A DNA stretch of 52,150 nt, filler included, from Basidioascus undulatus (lineage: Eukaryota), in NCBI GenBank assembly GCA_000826855.1. It is 3 parts of 3 records of this genome, joined end to end, with 100 filler letters (N's around TTAATTAATTAA, not from the genome) between each part and the next. Parts side by side here need not be neighbours in the genome. Positions count along the whole stretch, not along the records: positions 34,852 to 52,150 come from JTLS01000540.1; 2 more parts are not named here. One strand, 5' to 3'. How positions within the stretch are numbered: position 1 is the first letter of the stretch; each line of letters opens with the position of its first letter. The position numbers were made by a program, and so were the translations under genes. Below, piece by piece: positions 36,640 through 48,677 of this stretch. Below the pieces are notes generated by a model, which ran no database searches, had not been told where the DNA came from, and worked only from the letters and a program-made list of their open reading frames with translations.

Positions 36640-37904
36640 GGCCTTTTGCTCTCCCCGCAAGCTATCACCGCATCAGACGTCCCAATAACGCCGGAGGGAG
36701 TTTCTCCTCCGACGTGCCTCAGAGAACGCCGACCCGCGCGCGGCTGCCTGGCCGTCCCTTCCGAGCTTCCACCCTCCTTGCACAGGAAGGCTACATACCT
36801 TGGGACAAGGGGCGAAGCGCGTTCGGGAGTTGTACGAGCGCGGCATGGCCGACTTCGATCCAGACCTGCTGGACCGATTCGGGCGTGCTGTATACTTCGG
36901 GAGGAAGCGCCAGGTGGAGACGGTATATAAACTTCTGTATCGCTTCCCAGAATGGAGTCTGAGCACTTGCTAACCGGTGGCAGGTGACAGATGGTGCAGC
37001 GGGGAGATGCTCCGTCGTTGGGGAGCACCGTCACTGGGTATGGCTGGGGATACCTGACTGTAAAAAGTCCCTTTCACAGCTCTCAGTCACTGAACCTGTC
37101 TGAAAAGAGAGTAATTGTGGAAGGCGGATTGTGTTAGATAGCGATCCTTGGTGCGCAGAGGGCACTGCATAAGGGGACTCGCCCGTCTGGCAATGAGTAT
37201 GCTACACTGCTCAAGGTGCGCCGGTCTTTCCCCTTAAAGATTGGCTTATAATTTCAGTGTCCCATCGAAACCGGCTGCCCGCTTGAGATGGAAGACATCG
37301 CCGGTTGGACAACGCTTTGTACGTACGCGTCGGCCTTTTCCGCAGCGTGTGCCCCCCACTCCCCTCCGTGCACGTATCTTTCACGTTTATCTCTGAGCTA
37401 CCTCAAATACCCCGTCAGATCACTCCGAGAAACATTCATGTCCTATCGAGCTTGCGCGCATCCTGTGTGAAGCCGGAGCTGACGTTAATCATGTAAGGAT
37501 TCTCGATATACATCCCTCCTTGCCCCTCACGCTTTGCCTCTTGGCGTGATCGCATTGTGAAAACGACTCTGCTGGATGCCCGCGAAGACTCGCACTTGGA
37601 CTTCATCTCGCTTGTGCTCTCGACAGGTGCCGACATCGACATCAATGATGCAGACGGCTGGTCGGTCCGCAAGTTCTACTCGATGTTGGTCCCATCTTTC
37701 CTACCCATTCTTGGGTGCTGCCAAGGGTCCGGTCTTCGCTGACTTTGTGGATATGGTCAGGCGTGGCGCTCGGGGTATAGCAGCTGTCGAACGCGGTCCG
37801 CGCTTGCAGCGTGGAGAGGCACCTGCTCCGCGTGAGGGGCGAACCGGGTGCCGCAAGAGTGGAAAAGGCATGAGCTTGACAACGTGCGCGAAATGCTGAG
37901 GCAG
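36640..37904 (+). pseudogene. ankyrin-repeat + MYND-finger protein gene relic
   Basis: RVRELYERGMADFDPDLLDRFG, ILGAQR, GCPLEMEDIAGWTTL, IELARILCEAGADVNH and LVLSTGADIDINDADGWS (ankyrin repeats). Then GCRKSGKGMSLTTCAKC* is the first half of a MYND finger, stopped at 37897-37899, with no second half visible. Boundaries are approximate. Confidence 0.65.
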
Positions 37905-40024
37905 GTGGGTGGCCTGACCACATTCTGGAATTTTTCTCTTTCCACTGATAACCATGGGTGCATTGCACTGGTAATAGCGCCGACGGCCAGCGCAGTGATT
38001 GGAAAGCGGGACACAGGTGACGGGCATATTGTTCGCTTGGTCGGGTTTTGTCTCGCTGATGAGGGCGGACATGCCCATCATGGAGGCATGCAGGCCCTTC
38101 TCATCGGCAGAAAACGTTTTGGTATCTCTCGTCACCGTGTCCCAAACCGACTTCGAGCGAACCAGGGCCCAGGTGGACCTGCTGTTGTGCAGCATCTTCA
38201 GTCTGGACCCCTCCTGCCCCATGTCGCCCGAGCCCAGCACGTTTTCAACGGCCGCAATATTTCAGTGTTCCTACGGCCCAGACTATCAAGGTCCAGCTTC
38301 AGTCCGTCGCGCCCGAGAACGCACTCCTGATTTACAACCGACAGCGCACGGTGAATGGGTAGGTGTACAGGGCGCACTGTCGGGCGGCGTACGACCGTAA
38401 TTCCGAAGTCGTGAGGGAAATGATATCTCTGGAATGGGTACAGGGTATTTTCGGGCCGAGGTGAAAGACGGACGGGAGAAAGTGGAGATCAGATTGGGCA
38501 AACACCTGGCGGCGCTGGAGTGGTAAATGGGTTGGGCGGAGTTGAAGCACCGATGGCTGAACAAGAAGCATATTCTTTCAACGCGCATGTGCGTCCGCCA
38601 TAAGCTTTGTTGTTGCTGGGAGGGCCACCGAGTGGCACCCGAATACCGGAGCAGCATGCCACTGCAGCGTTTGAGAAACGCCCACTCCTGCTCACCCTGA
38701 AGCAGGTTAAGGAGCTTGGGGTAGCTACAACCCACTGTCGAGATCACCCATTCTCGAAACGGCCTTGGCATCTAGGGTAAAAGGAAAATCCGTGACTGTG
38801 AACCAGCGTGTAGCTGTCCAGCCACAGGCTCCTGCTTGCGAACTGAACCGTTTTAGGACGTTTATGCCGGTTTGCTTTCACTTACTCGGCAGTCTAAGAC
38901 GGTCGGTTGAGAAACCAGTTGAACACTGTATAAAGAAGAGAGACACTTACCCGGCGCAGTCCCTAAACCGACCGTGCAGTCGCCTTGGCTCAGCGGCCAG
39001 CGGCTGTCGTCGGGCACAGCGTCCAACCCTTTAAAGAATGCACAATGCAGAGTTCGGAGGACTGGACATGTGTGCGCAAGACGTTTCAGGGCAGATCAGA
39101 AGTCTCTCACTGCCATACCCCAAGCATTCAGTCGCGTCCCCAGCTGTCCCCAACCGCTAGCAAAGAGAGGTCAGCTCAAATGACCCACCATCTCCATGGC
39201 CGTCCGTGACACATGCCCAAGCGCCCCCCCACAGTTCTTGCAGGAGACTTTTTGTTTAGACAGTTAACATAGCCAGAGTCCAGACACTCGAAGAACCTCT
39301 ACACCCGCCGCTTGCCAACTCTGGCCCAATCCTGCCGCCCGCCCACGAACACACTGCCCCCTCTCACGGGACGCCTTCGGCCCCGCAATGTCCGTGTGCC
39401 AGCGCGATCGGTGCTTCAGACCTGAACGCCTGCTGTTCAGCTACCCACTGCGATCCCCTCGAGGGCGCATGGTTAATCTGAACATGGGGCTTCGACCGGG
39501 CTTCGGGTGGATCCTGTGTTGGCGTGCGTGCGGGCTGGGAGGCGGAGTGGCGGCGAGGGGAGACCTCGCTCGTACGATGAGGTATGGTTTGGGGCCTCGG
39601 AAGTCCGAGGTTCAGGTTCAGGTTAAAGAGGGGTGAACTGGATGAAGCGGCCGCCGCTCCGGATGGAGGGCGGGTTCGGCACTGGACGGACGAGGGCGAG
39701 AGTGAACGTGAGCGGCGAGGTTGAAGCGATTGACAGGGGGAGATTGCTCGGATTCGTTGGATGAAAGATCGAAAGCCGGGCGTGCCACAAGTAATTAAAG
39801 GCGCAGGGGTGCATACGCTCGAAACGGCCAGTAGAAGCCGCGATCGAGCGAGTTGAGGACGAGGGGTGAATTGCGACGAGGGGATAGAGGGTGAAGTGCG
39901 ACGAGGCATTAGAGAGTGAAGAGGTAGGATTTGAAACGTCGGAACTCTGCCCCCTCCACACAATGAGCGCCCCGAGACACACCTTCTCAAGAAGCGGTCC
40001 AAGTCCATGTCCGCCCCTCCTCTC

Positions 40025-40551
40025 CTAAGACGCCCTCGCAATGACCTGGGCCCCCTGCCTAAGCTTGACCGCCTCCCTTCCCTCCATCCACCCCTTCCCC
40101 TCCGTCTTGACAAACCCGATCTCGCCAAAGTTCAGCCCCGGGACACCCTTCTCGCGCGCGCCGTTGACCCAGCGGCGGAGCTCGTCCGCGTCGAGGTACA
40201 CGCTGCGGCTGGGCTTACTGACGCTCGCGAGGCGGCGGAGGACGGGCTGGTCCTGCCTGTACTTGAGGTCGAGCCAGAGCCGGCGCTGCGGGACGGGGAG
40301 GGCGGGGAACTCTTGCGGGGCGGGGGAGGAGGGCGAGCCGAGCGTGAGGGAGGTGATGAGCCCGCTGGAGAGCAGCAGGCGCGAGAGGTGGAAGTTCTGG
40401 GTGGTGTAGGGGAGGGCGACGCGCGGGAGGGCTACGCGCGAGGCGTTTTGCTGCGGTGGAGGGGAGGTGTGAGCAGAGGGGAGGGCTGCCAGGAGCAGGG
40501 AGTGAGGGAGAGACGGACGATCATTGAGCATGCGTCAAAGGGGAGCACCAT
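40025..40551 (-). CDS. MRPS8: mitochondrial ribosomal protein uS8m
   Basis: MVLPFDACSMI|QNASR..LLLSSGLI..RRLWLDLKYRQDQPVL..VSKPSRSVY..GWMEGREAV. One intron. Confidence 0.92.
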
Positions 40552-40793
40552 CGTGGCCGTTCTATCTACTCTCGAGTCCAATTCCAAGCGGGTGTGGTAG
40601 GTGATAAGGTCCAGGAAGTCTCGGGAGGTGGTGGTCGAGCGAGAAGACGCCTCCGAACTCCCAGGCGTTCTCCCCTTTCGGCTTCCAGCTGTCGTTCGTC
40701 CCCTTATCCCCGATAGGCAGCCGCGAAGCCTGCCCGCTTGCCTGGGTGCTTCCAAGCTCTTTACTTCCATCAACTACATCTCACACGCTCAAT

Positions 40794-41886
40794 ATGGCTT
40801 CAGCGCTCTTTGACCGGCGGCGCATCAACGGGCCCGAGACGTCGCACCCGCCGCTGTACGAGGACGAGCTCTCCCAGCCGTCCACGTCCACCGCTTCCGC
40901 AGCCCGCACCTCCCGCGCACCTACCGACCTTCGACCAATCTGTCCGTCCACACACTATGCACTATCCCCCCATCCACGCGCAGAAACACGCTAAAACGGA
41001 ACAATGTATGGCGCTGGGTGGACAGTCCTCAAAACCGGCTTGATCACAGCCGCCTCCGGCTCGGCCTACCTCGAGACGGAGCGGACGAAGCTTGCTGTGG
41101 CTGTGTACGGCCCGCGGCAGGTCAAAAATGCGCCGTACTCCTCTAAAGGGAGGCTCAACGTGGAGTGCAAGTACGCGCCATTCGCGTCTGCAACGCGCAG
41201 GGCGCCGCTGAAGGTGCGTCTGTCCTCCCCCTCCCCCCCATCCCCCCAATTCCCACTGTCGCCCTCCTTTTCCTTCCCTTCTCCTTTGCTCTCCCGCAGT
41301 AGACGATACTAATTCTTATGTTGTGGCGGAACCAGGACGCCGAATCCCCGCACCTCTCCACTCACGTGGCGCAGGCGCTCCTCCCCTCGCTCCGGCTCGA
41401 GCTCCTCCCCAAGATGCAGCTCGACGTCCACGTCACCATCCTCGAGGACGATTCCGGCGAGCACGGCCTTGTCTCAGCTATCGCGTCCACCGCGTCTGCG
41501 GCGCTCGCAAGCGCAGGGGTGGAGATGAAGGGTCTCGTGGTGGGCGTGACAGCCGTGCGTCTCCTTCCTCCCCCTGTCCCGCCTCCCCCACTCACCCGAG
41601 CCCGCAACAGGCCATGCCCTCCTCCTCTTCTGCTCTGCCACTCCTCCTCGACCCTACCTCCGCCGAGGCCCGCGCTGCCCGTGCGCAAGTCACGCTCTGC
41701 GCGCTGCCCGCGCTAGGGAGCGTGAGCGAGCTGTGGGTGTCGGGCGCGCTGCGCGAGGGGGAGGAGCAGGGCGTGCTGGAGGCGCTGATGAGGGCGGGGA
41801 GGGACGTGCATGGCGTGCTGGTTAGGGCGCTGGTGGAGGAGGCGGAGGCGGAACGGAGTAGGAGTGAGGGCGAGGGAGCGAGATGA
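40794..41886 (+). CDS. MTR3: RNA exosome RNase PH subunit Mtr3/EXOSC6
   Basis: FDRRRINGPE..LRPI|FLKTGLITAASGSAYLE..AVYGPR..KYAPFA..LRLELLPKMQLDVHVTILEDD..LLLDPT. Three introns. Confidence 0.88.
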
Positions 41887-42216
41887 AATGCGCTGAGAGA
41901 ACGAGATACTCCGAGAGTGCTTGATGGTCAAGGCAGGTGCAGTTGCTGCACTGCTTCGGGCAAGCCCAGGGGCGTTGCGGTGCTGGATCGGAGTGCTGAA
42001 AGACTGAAAGACTCCGCCAGTGCATCGCTCACGCCGTACAGCCTGCCCGTCAGAGGCCGCCTTCTTGGTCGCCTCACCCCGGTCTGTTCATCAGATCAGC
42101 AGTTGCTCCTCAGACTGGCAAAATGTAATTAATATTTTGTTCGCCTTGGTCGCAGTGTGAACGCGCCGCACAACGCCGCATAAACACCGCTCAGTGCTTG
42201 CACGTGCAAGCAATTA

Positions 42217-42573
42217 TTGACCGCGACGCGTCCATCTCTCGCCCTTGCTCTCCTTCACCCCTTCCTTCCCCTCCTCCGCTCGGCATGTCCCCTTTCGACT
42301 CCCTCCCTCCCCTCCCCCCACAGCCACCAAGAACACCTTCCCCTCTCCGGGGGGCTGACCGTCCCGCCCGAGCTCTCTGACATCTTCTCCAAGCACCCCG
42401 GCCTCATCAAGCTCGCGCAGGGGCAGCAGCTCGCACGGGACGCGTACGTCCAGCGGAGCCTGAACTTGGACCACCTCCTACTGCCCGTTTGCCAAGGCGA
42501 TTTATGCGGGCCAGGTGGGGGAGCTGAGGAGGGTGAATTGTGGAAGAGGGGGAGATGGAGAAGGGGGAGCTGA
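42217..42573 (+). other. coding-like fragment of unknown family
   Basis: GC3-biased stretch HLPLSGGLTVPPELSDIFSKHPGLIKLAQGQQLARDAYVQRSLNLDHLLLP. The nearest ATG (42285) is in another frame. Confidence 0.25.
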
Positions 42574-42802
42574 TGGGAGCTCGAGGGCGTGCGGAGGCAG
42601 ATGGTTGAGGAGGGGGAAGCACCGTACTTGGAGGGACGGTGACGGACTCACATCGAAATAATTTTAGACATGACACTTCTTCATCCTTCTCACACCTCAA
42701 ATGTTTTCAATAGCAAATGCTAAGATGCCTTGCCGTCAACTGGATCCACTGTGTCAGGAACAATCCATACTGCCCCTCTGTCCTCCGCGAAGTCAAACAA
42801 TT

Positions 42803-44730
42803 CTATTCCGAGCTCCCCCCGCTCACCCTGCACTCCTCCGTCCAATCCCTCGGCGTAACTTTCTGCACCGCCCTCTGGAACGCCTCGAGCGTACAGAACT
42901 CCGGAAACCCTGGCAGGTGGTCGCCATCGGCCGCGCAGGCGGGCAACGTGAGCGGTCGGGATTGGTAGCGGAGGCGGACGTCTGGAAATGTCCAAGTGAA
43001 AAGGTGAGCATAGGAAATCGTAGAAGAGCGAAAGAGTGATGATCGGAGAACGAACAGTGAGAAGTGCTTTGGGAACGACGGAACCATGACGTGAGGGAAG
43101 AGGACGACGAGGGGGCTGCAGAGTCGGAGGCAGGTCGGAAGAGCTCGAGAGCGATATGAGCGGTGAAATCCGGCCAGCTGTAGGCCAACACCGAGCGATC
43201 AGGATATCAATATCGATACTTGCATAAGAACACGAAGATGCAGCGCACCGGTTATTGAACACGTCCAAGCAGGCAAGCACACCCGCGAGCGTGGTATCGT
43301 GCGTAGCCATGATGCCGAGCTTGGGGCCCTTACCCTTGCCCACCATCTCGCTTAAACGACCCGAAAGGGAAGCGAGGAGCGGGCCGAGGGAGATGCGGCG
43401 GAATTCAGGGGAAGTGTCTGTCAACCCAGGGAGCTCCTATCGCGTGAGGAAACTGCGCAGTTGGAGATAGGTGAGGCGGAGTAAGTGAGGGCAGACGCAC
43501 AGCCATCGAACCACTCGTGGGTTACGGCCTTTTCAAGCGTTTCTTGTACGGCGGGATCAGCGAAGACGGACGGGACGGGGATGCCGTGCGCTTGGGCAGC
43601 GCGGACCTGATGAGCGGTGCAGAGCGCAGACCGTCAGCCGTTGCAGGATTTCCTTCGGCCACAAGAAATCCGAACGCACAGTGTCGAGGATACCGTTCGC
43701 CCTTGGTCGCCCGTCAATGCGCACGGGCTCGCCATCCAGATAAAGGCTGAGCTTCTCATCGAGACGATGCAGGGTGGGATTGTACTTCTTCGCCGCCGCT
43801 GCCCGATCGCCCACCATCTTCAGCGCCAGCATTCCCTAGTTGCGTCCGCCTCGTAAGCACACACCCTTCGCAAACTCAGCCCAGAGCACGCCCAGCCGCC
43901 GGCAGCCCATGGTATTAGGGAGGAGTGTCTCGTCCATCCCGTCGCGGGTGAGGACGTCAGGCCGGATGCCCTCGGCGCGGAAGGGGCGGGGGTAAAGGCC
44001 GGTCATAAGTTGTTGGAGAGACTCGACCTGAGGGAAAGGTAGGCAGATCAGGGCCTGAACGTCAATGAGGGAAGCTCAGCAGACTGACCGTTCGGGGCAT
44101 GTTGGTCGAGCGGAAGTAGAGCTGGGGGAGGGAGGATTCGGACAGAGTGGAAGGAACAAGACCGAGTCTGGTTGCCAGAGAGAATGCAAAGGAGTTCAGA
44201 CACGGTGGGAGGGAGGACATCAGCAAAAAGACACACTGGTCGATATACAACGCCCTGATCATCCTCCCGACCTCCAGGGTGCTGCGTCTGCCGACGTCCG
44301 TCAACTCGCCCAGGAGACTATCCACCCATCCCAGCAACATCAGCGTCGCTTTCCACAACCTTCCAAGCATCTAAAAGCGCACTCACCAATCCCCCCTCGC
44401 GCCCAGCTTCCCATCCAGCCTCTCCAGCCTTCGGAAGACGCCCAACTCGTCCCGCCCCTGCTTGCCCTCGGGCGAGAGCTCCAGCACGGCCGCGTCAAAC
44501 GCGCGCCCTTCGTGGCATAGATTCCATGTCTCCGGGATGTGCTTCGTGAGTCGATGCCTGACTGGTGTGCGCTCCCCTGCGAACGAAAATGCCAGTCAAT
44601 CTCGAGCGTGGACGAGAAGACGCTGGATATCGTCTTGCGGCGCACCGTGTCGGACGAGCACAAAGGCCTGTATGAGGTCAAGGCTGTTGGGTGCGAATGG
44701 CTGATCTTGGGGTGCGAACGGCGCCGGCAT
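42803..44730 (-). CDS. histidine acid phosphatase (His_Phos_2, ACP6-like)
   Basis: VLVRH|GERTPV (RHGxRxP), LLGELTDVGR, FRSTNMPRT|VESLQQ, ATHDTTLAG (HD), WPDFTAHIALELF, VRLRYQ..CTLEAF..DWTEEC. Multiple introns. Confidence 0.92.
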
Positions 44731-45591
44731 GAGGAACTGAATTATTGGGTCGAGCTGGAGATGACGGTGAAGTTCAAGTCGGGATTGGTTGAGAGCCTCG
44801 AGTTCGGGCCGGCTGGTGGAGGCCGTTCCTCCCTCTGAAGGGGCTTCGCAGCGAGTGAGATTCGACAGTTTCAGGCTTGTTTTTTGAGCTTCAGCATGTT
44901 TGACCACATGAAAAGAGAGCCAGGATGTGAGCCCACTTTGTCCGTTGGGCTTCAGTCGTGGAAGCTCTCATCGCAAAGCGCAAACGTAGCGTGCTGTCAG
45001 TATGGGCCAACAATGGTCACCCCGGAAAACATTGACGAAGATAATCAAGTGATATGCAAGAATAGTTAAGCCGCTCATGTGGAATGTGGCAAACCACCGA
45101 GTTCGTGGGCAACATTCGTCGAATGGAGTGAAAGCGTTGTTGGTGCAGCGCTGTAGTCGTGTCGTGTCTTGCGTTCAGTCAACATAGAAATCAAGCTTCA
45201 CCAGACTTCACAACGTCCAGGAAACGATGGTATGAGTCTCTAATGGACCACTGGGCGCAGCGAGGGAACAAGACGCGACGCGAGACAGAATGATGAGCGT
45301 TCCAATCGCAGGCCGAGGTACCCAGAGGAGCAGCAGGCGGCGAAAATCCAATCATCGATTTGTTGATAAGCCGTGAGTGAAATGGGAAGTTACCACCGAC
45401 AGAGAATGATGAGGCAGGCGATGGGCTGCCGGGAAGTGCGAGCAGCGAGAAGGACGGTTGCTATTAGTGCGATGCCGCTCAAAGGGATGCTTGCTCCTCA
45501 GACTCGATAAAGGCACCAAAGCTTCACTTCAGCGCCCAAAATCACAATATTTGGTTTTCTACAACCGTTCAAGCACATACTCCCGCTCAGC

Positions 45592-46261
45592 TCACGAGGT
45601 CTCCCCCGCAGCAGGCGTGGGACCCGAGGCCGCCGCCGCTTCCTGGATAGCCTCGAAGACACGTAAGTACAGCTGGTCTGTGTAGAATGTTAGAAATATA
45701 GAGAAAAACAGAAACCATCTCTGCCTGCGCCGCCTTCAGCTCTTCCTTGACCTCGACCTTGCACGCCTTGTTCCCAATGGGGACTTCGTTGCGCAGCGGG
45801 ACGTCGCGGTTCTTCTCGAACTCCTTGAGGAGGATCTTCCATCTTCTTCTTTCCTTTGGTGGTATATCTGGGCATTTGGGCTCGCAGCTCGAGTCCCATC
45901 CTAGGGCGTCCATCACGAGCGTTGCGGGCTGGACGAGGATGGCAGCCTCAACGTCCGTCGAGGACTTGAGGCTTCGGAAATGAGATGTACGTAAGAAAGA
46001 TTTAGCAGGCTTTGTAGAGAACCATCCATCCAACACGTGCCCCCGGCGACTGGCGTCGAAACCGCTCGAGAGTGAGGCGCATTGATGGCTGCGCACTGCA
46101 AGGATCTTGAAAGGATCTCCGTAACCACGCCGACAAGATCCTACTGTTTCTGAATCGAATTTGGAGTGCAGCGCTTGATACCCTTGAGAAAGTCTGTCTT
46201 TCTGGAATAAGGTGACTCGGATGTAGCCCTCGCCCTCGCTGTCGGGCACCCTGTCTGTCAC
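45592..46261 (-). pseudogene. 5'-truncated gene of unknown function abutting the GMC relic
   Basis: Open frame DSEGEGYIRVTLFQ..VEAAILVQPATLVMDALGW..WKILLKEFEKN..KAAQAEM, intron, LYLRVFEAIQE..ETS*. It has no GMC similarity and no start of its own. Confidence 0.4.
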
Positions 46262-46296
46262 ACGCTGCCTCGATTCAACTCACGGTACTCACGGTA

Positions 46297-48677
46297 CTCC
46301 GAGCCGACATTCGGCCTCCAATACGCTTCCCACTCCTTGTCGCTCTGCACGTCCTGCCCGGAAAGGTTTCGGCCAAAATGATCTGCCTGTACGCTTCAGT
46401 CTACCCGATGCGTCGGGTATAGCGCATGCACGCCGTCTGAGCGGCAGCGTCATGGGCGAGGTGAAATACGCGGGATCTATCAGCGAGGAGACGGGCATCG
46501 GGACTGTGGCGAAAGGGTAAACATCTTCGGGAAACAAGGAAGATCAGAGAGGGACGCACCTGTTGATGTGGACCGGTCCTTGAGAGAACGGGTGTTGGTT
46601 CACGCCGAGGAAGGAGACGTAGGTATTGTTCACGACATGTGGACCGGCGGTGGCGAAGTGGCCGTTTACGCCTGCACAACTAGGTTGAGCAATGGAAGCA
46701 TGTAGGGGCCTACAAAAGATCGAAGGACTTGCCGATAAGCTCGCACTAAACACCGTATCCTCGGTCTCCTCCAAAAACCTCAGCTGCGTCTTCCACTGCT
46801 TATAGTATGGCTTATAGTATGGCGACGCCCGCCTCTCCTCGACCCAAACCCGTTGCTCAGCCACCAGCCTCTACCCTCGACCTGGCGTGTCAAAGAGGAT
46901 CTGCTGCAGGCTGGCGTAAGCGATGGTGTTGTCGGGCGAGTCGAGGATCGACGGTGGTCCGGAAACGTTCTTCCAATTGGCTTGGGACGAGACTGCGAAG
47001 GATGGGTCGTCGCGACTGTGCAGTTGCAGAAGGCATTCAGCGACTAAAAACTCTCTGAGATGCGAAGAAACATTTTACAGAGTATACAGGGTCTTGTAAC
47101 CTGGCTTCAGTTCGAAAGACGACTGCGAGCGGCGTGCGTCAGCATGGGGAACCAGAACTGACTGTGAGCGAAAGCACGTACAGTTGCCTAAGTATGGTCC
47201 TGAAGATTTCCGCCGACAGCTGACAAGTCGAGCAAGACGTCGATGCCGAGTCTGAAATCAATTCGATATCAGCGTACGGGCCTGCCAATCGCACAGCAAG
47301 CGTCGCCTACCCCTCCAGCAGCGTTCTGTTCCCGATCCCGCTAAGCTCCAGGAGCTAGAGGGTGTTGACCGTGCCCGCCGAAAGGATGGCCTCCTTCTTG
47401 ACCCTGGCAGTGAAACGCGCGCCGCCATGCAGGAACTGGATGGCCTCGACGTGCAGATCTCCGGCAGCGGACTTAATTGCATCGGAGAAGACGAGGCGTG
47501 TCGTGAGGGTGGAAGTGAAGACGTGGAGGTTTGGCAGGTAGGAGATGGGGAAAAGGTAGGCCGGGGCGGTGCTTTGAAAGGCGATGATGAGCCTTCAAGC
47601 CTTTGTGGCTAGGGACGGAAAGGCGTACTAGTCGCGGGTGGTGTTGAGCGGGTTTATGTTGTTCGGCATGACGCCGGCGCCGAGGTTGCTTCCCCCAACG
47701 GCTGAATTTGAAAGAAAGGCTTCGGTAAGCGAAACGGACGGAAAGAATAATGTGGCGCACATTCGCATTCAGCGGAATGCCGAGCTCCTCCATCGCCGGA
47801 TCCAGATCCGCTGCTGCTCGGACGCATACGGAGCGATGGAGACGTCCGTCGACCCTGCCGTTCTGAAGTTATCTGGGCCGGCCTCGTCCAGCTTGAGCTG
47901 GTCGATCAGCTGGGAAGAAGGTGCCGTCCAGTGCTCGGACTTCTTGAAACTGTCGACTTCACTTAGCATCACGGACCGCTCAAGTCGGGCGGGGCATCAG
48001 TGCTACGTACTACGGCAATAGGGAATTCCAGTGCCATCCACCCCAAGCTCCTTGCAAGCGTCCAGGTCGACGCGGCTGGGACGGTCCCACGTGAGGAAGT
48101 TGAGCAGGCTCGAGCCGCCAAGTGCTTTGCGGCGGGGTTAGAAAAGGGACGCGATGCCGCTGGTTCCGGGGACGGTCGTGTAGTTCCAGTTGACTAGAAA
48201 GTGGGTCAGCGTCAACCTTCGTGCTGTACAGCCTCGGGCGCGACAACGGGGCAGGGAAGACGCACATTGCGTGCCGATGTTCGCTCCTAATAGGCCAGTG
48301 GCCTTGTTGATGTCGAGGCCCTCACTACTGTAAAGAAGCATGCGTGAACGTGATACTAAGAAGGCTACAAGGAGAAACTCAACACACCTGATGCCTGCCT
48401 CGAGCACGCCGACCTGAACGCTCGAATTCGCGCTCAGCCGATTTGCAAGAACCAGCCCGGCAGTGTCGCCGCCCACGATGAACTGAAGGAAACCATCAGC
48501 TGTAATGACATGAGCTTTTTTTTTGTAGAGACCCACGTAGTCGAACTCGATGCGGGTGAAGCTCTCCGCCTGCGACAAAGAACGCGAGCGCCCGGCGAAC
48601 AGGACGAGCGTGACTGCCACAACGGCGAGGGAGAACGACATGGAGACGAGGGCGAGGGAATGAGTGAACAGCATCAT
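46297..48677 (-). pseudogene. secreted GMC oxidoreductase (AA3_2-like), disabled and 3'-truncated
   Basis: Signal peptide, FDY|IVGGDTAGLVLANRLS (GxGxxG altered), VLEAG, NWNYTT, *PRRKALGGSS, KEAILSAGTVNTL*LLELSGIG, VGGNLQDH, QHPFSQGPVHIN, LIDPAY and DVQSDKEWEAYW..SEY. Stops at 48138, 47355, 47188 and 46871, plus frameshifts. The C-terminal catalytic exons are absent. Confidence 0.9.

Noticed and set aside
37905..40000. Moderate-length ORFs between the ankyrin relic and MRPS8
   Set aside because: No recognisable domains or consistent exon chain. They are left unannotated, though they may be older relics.
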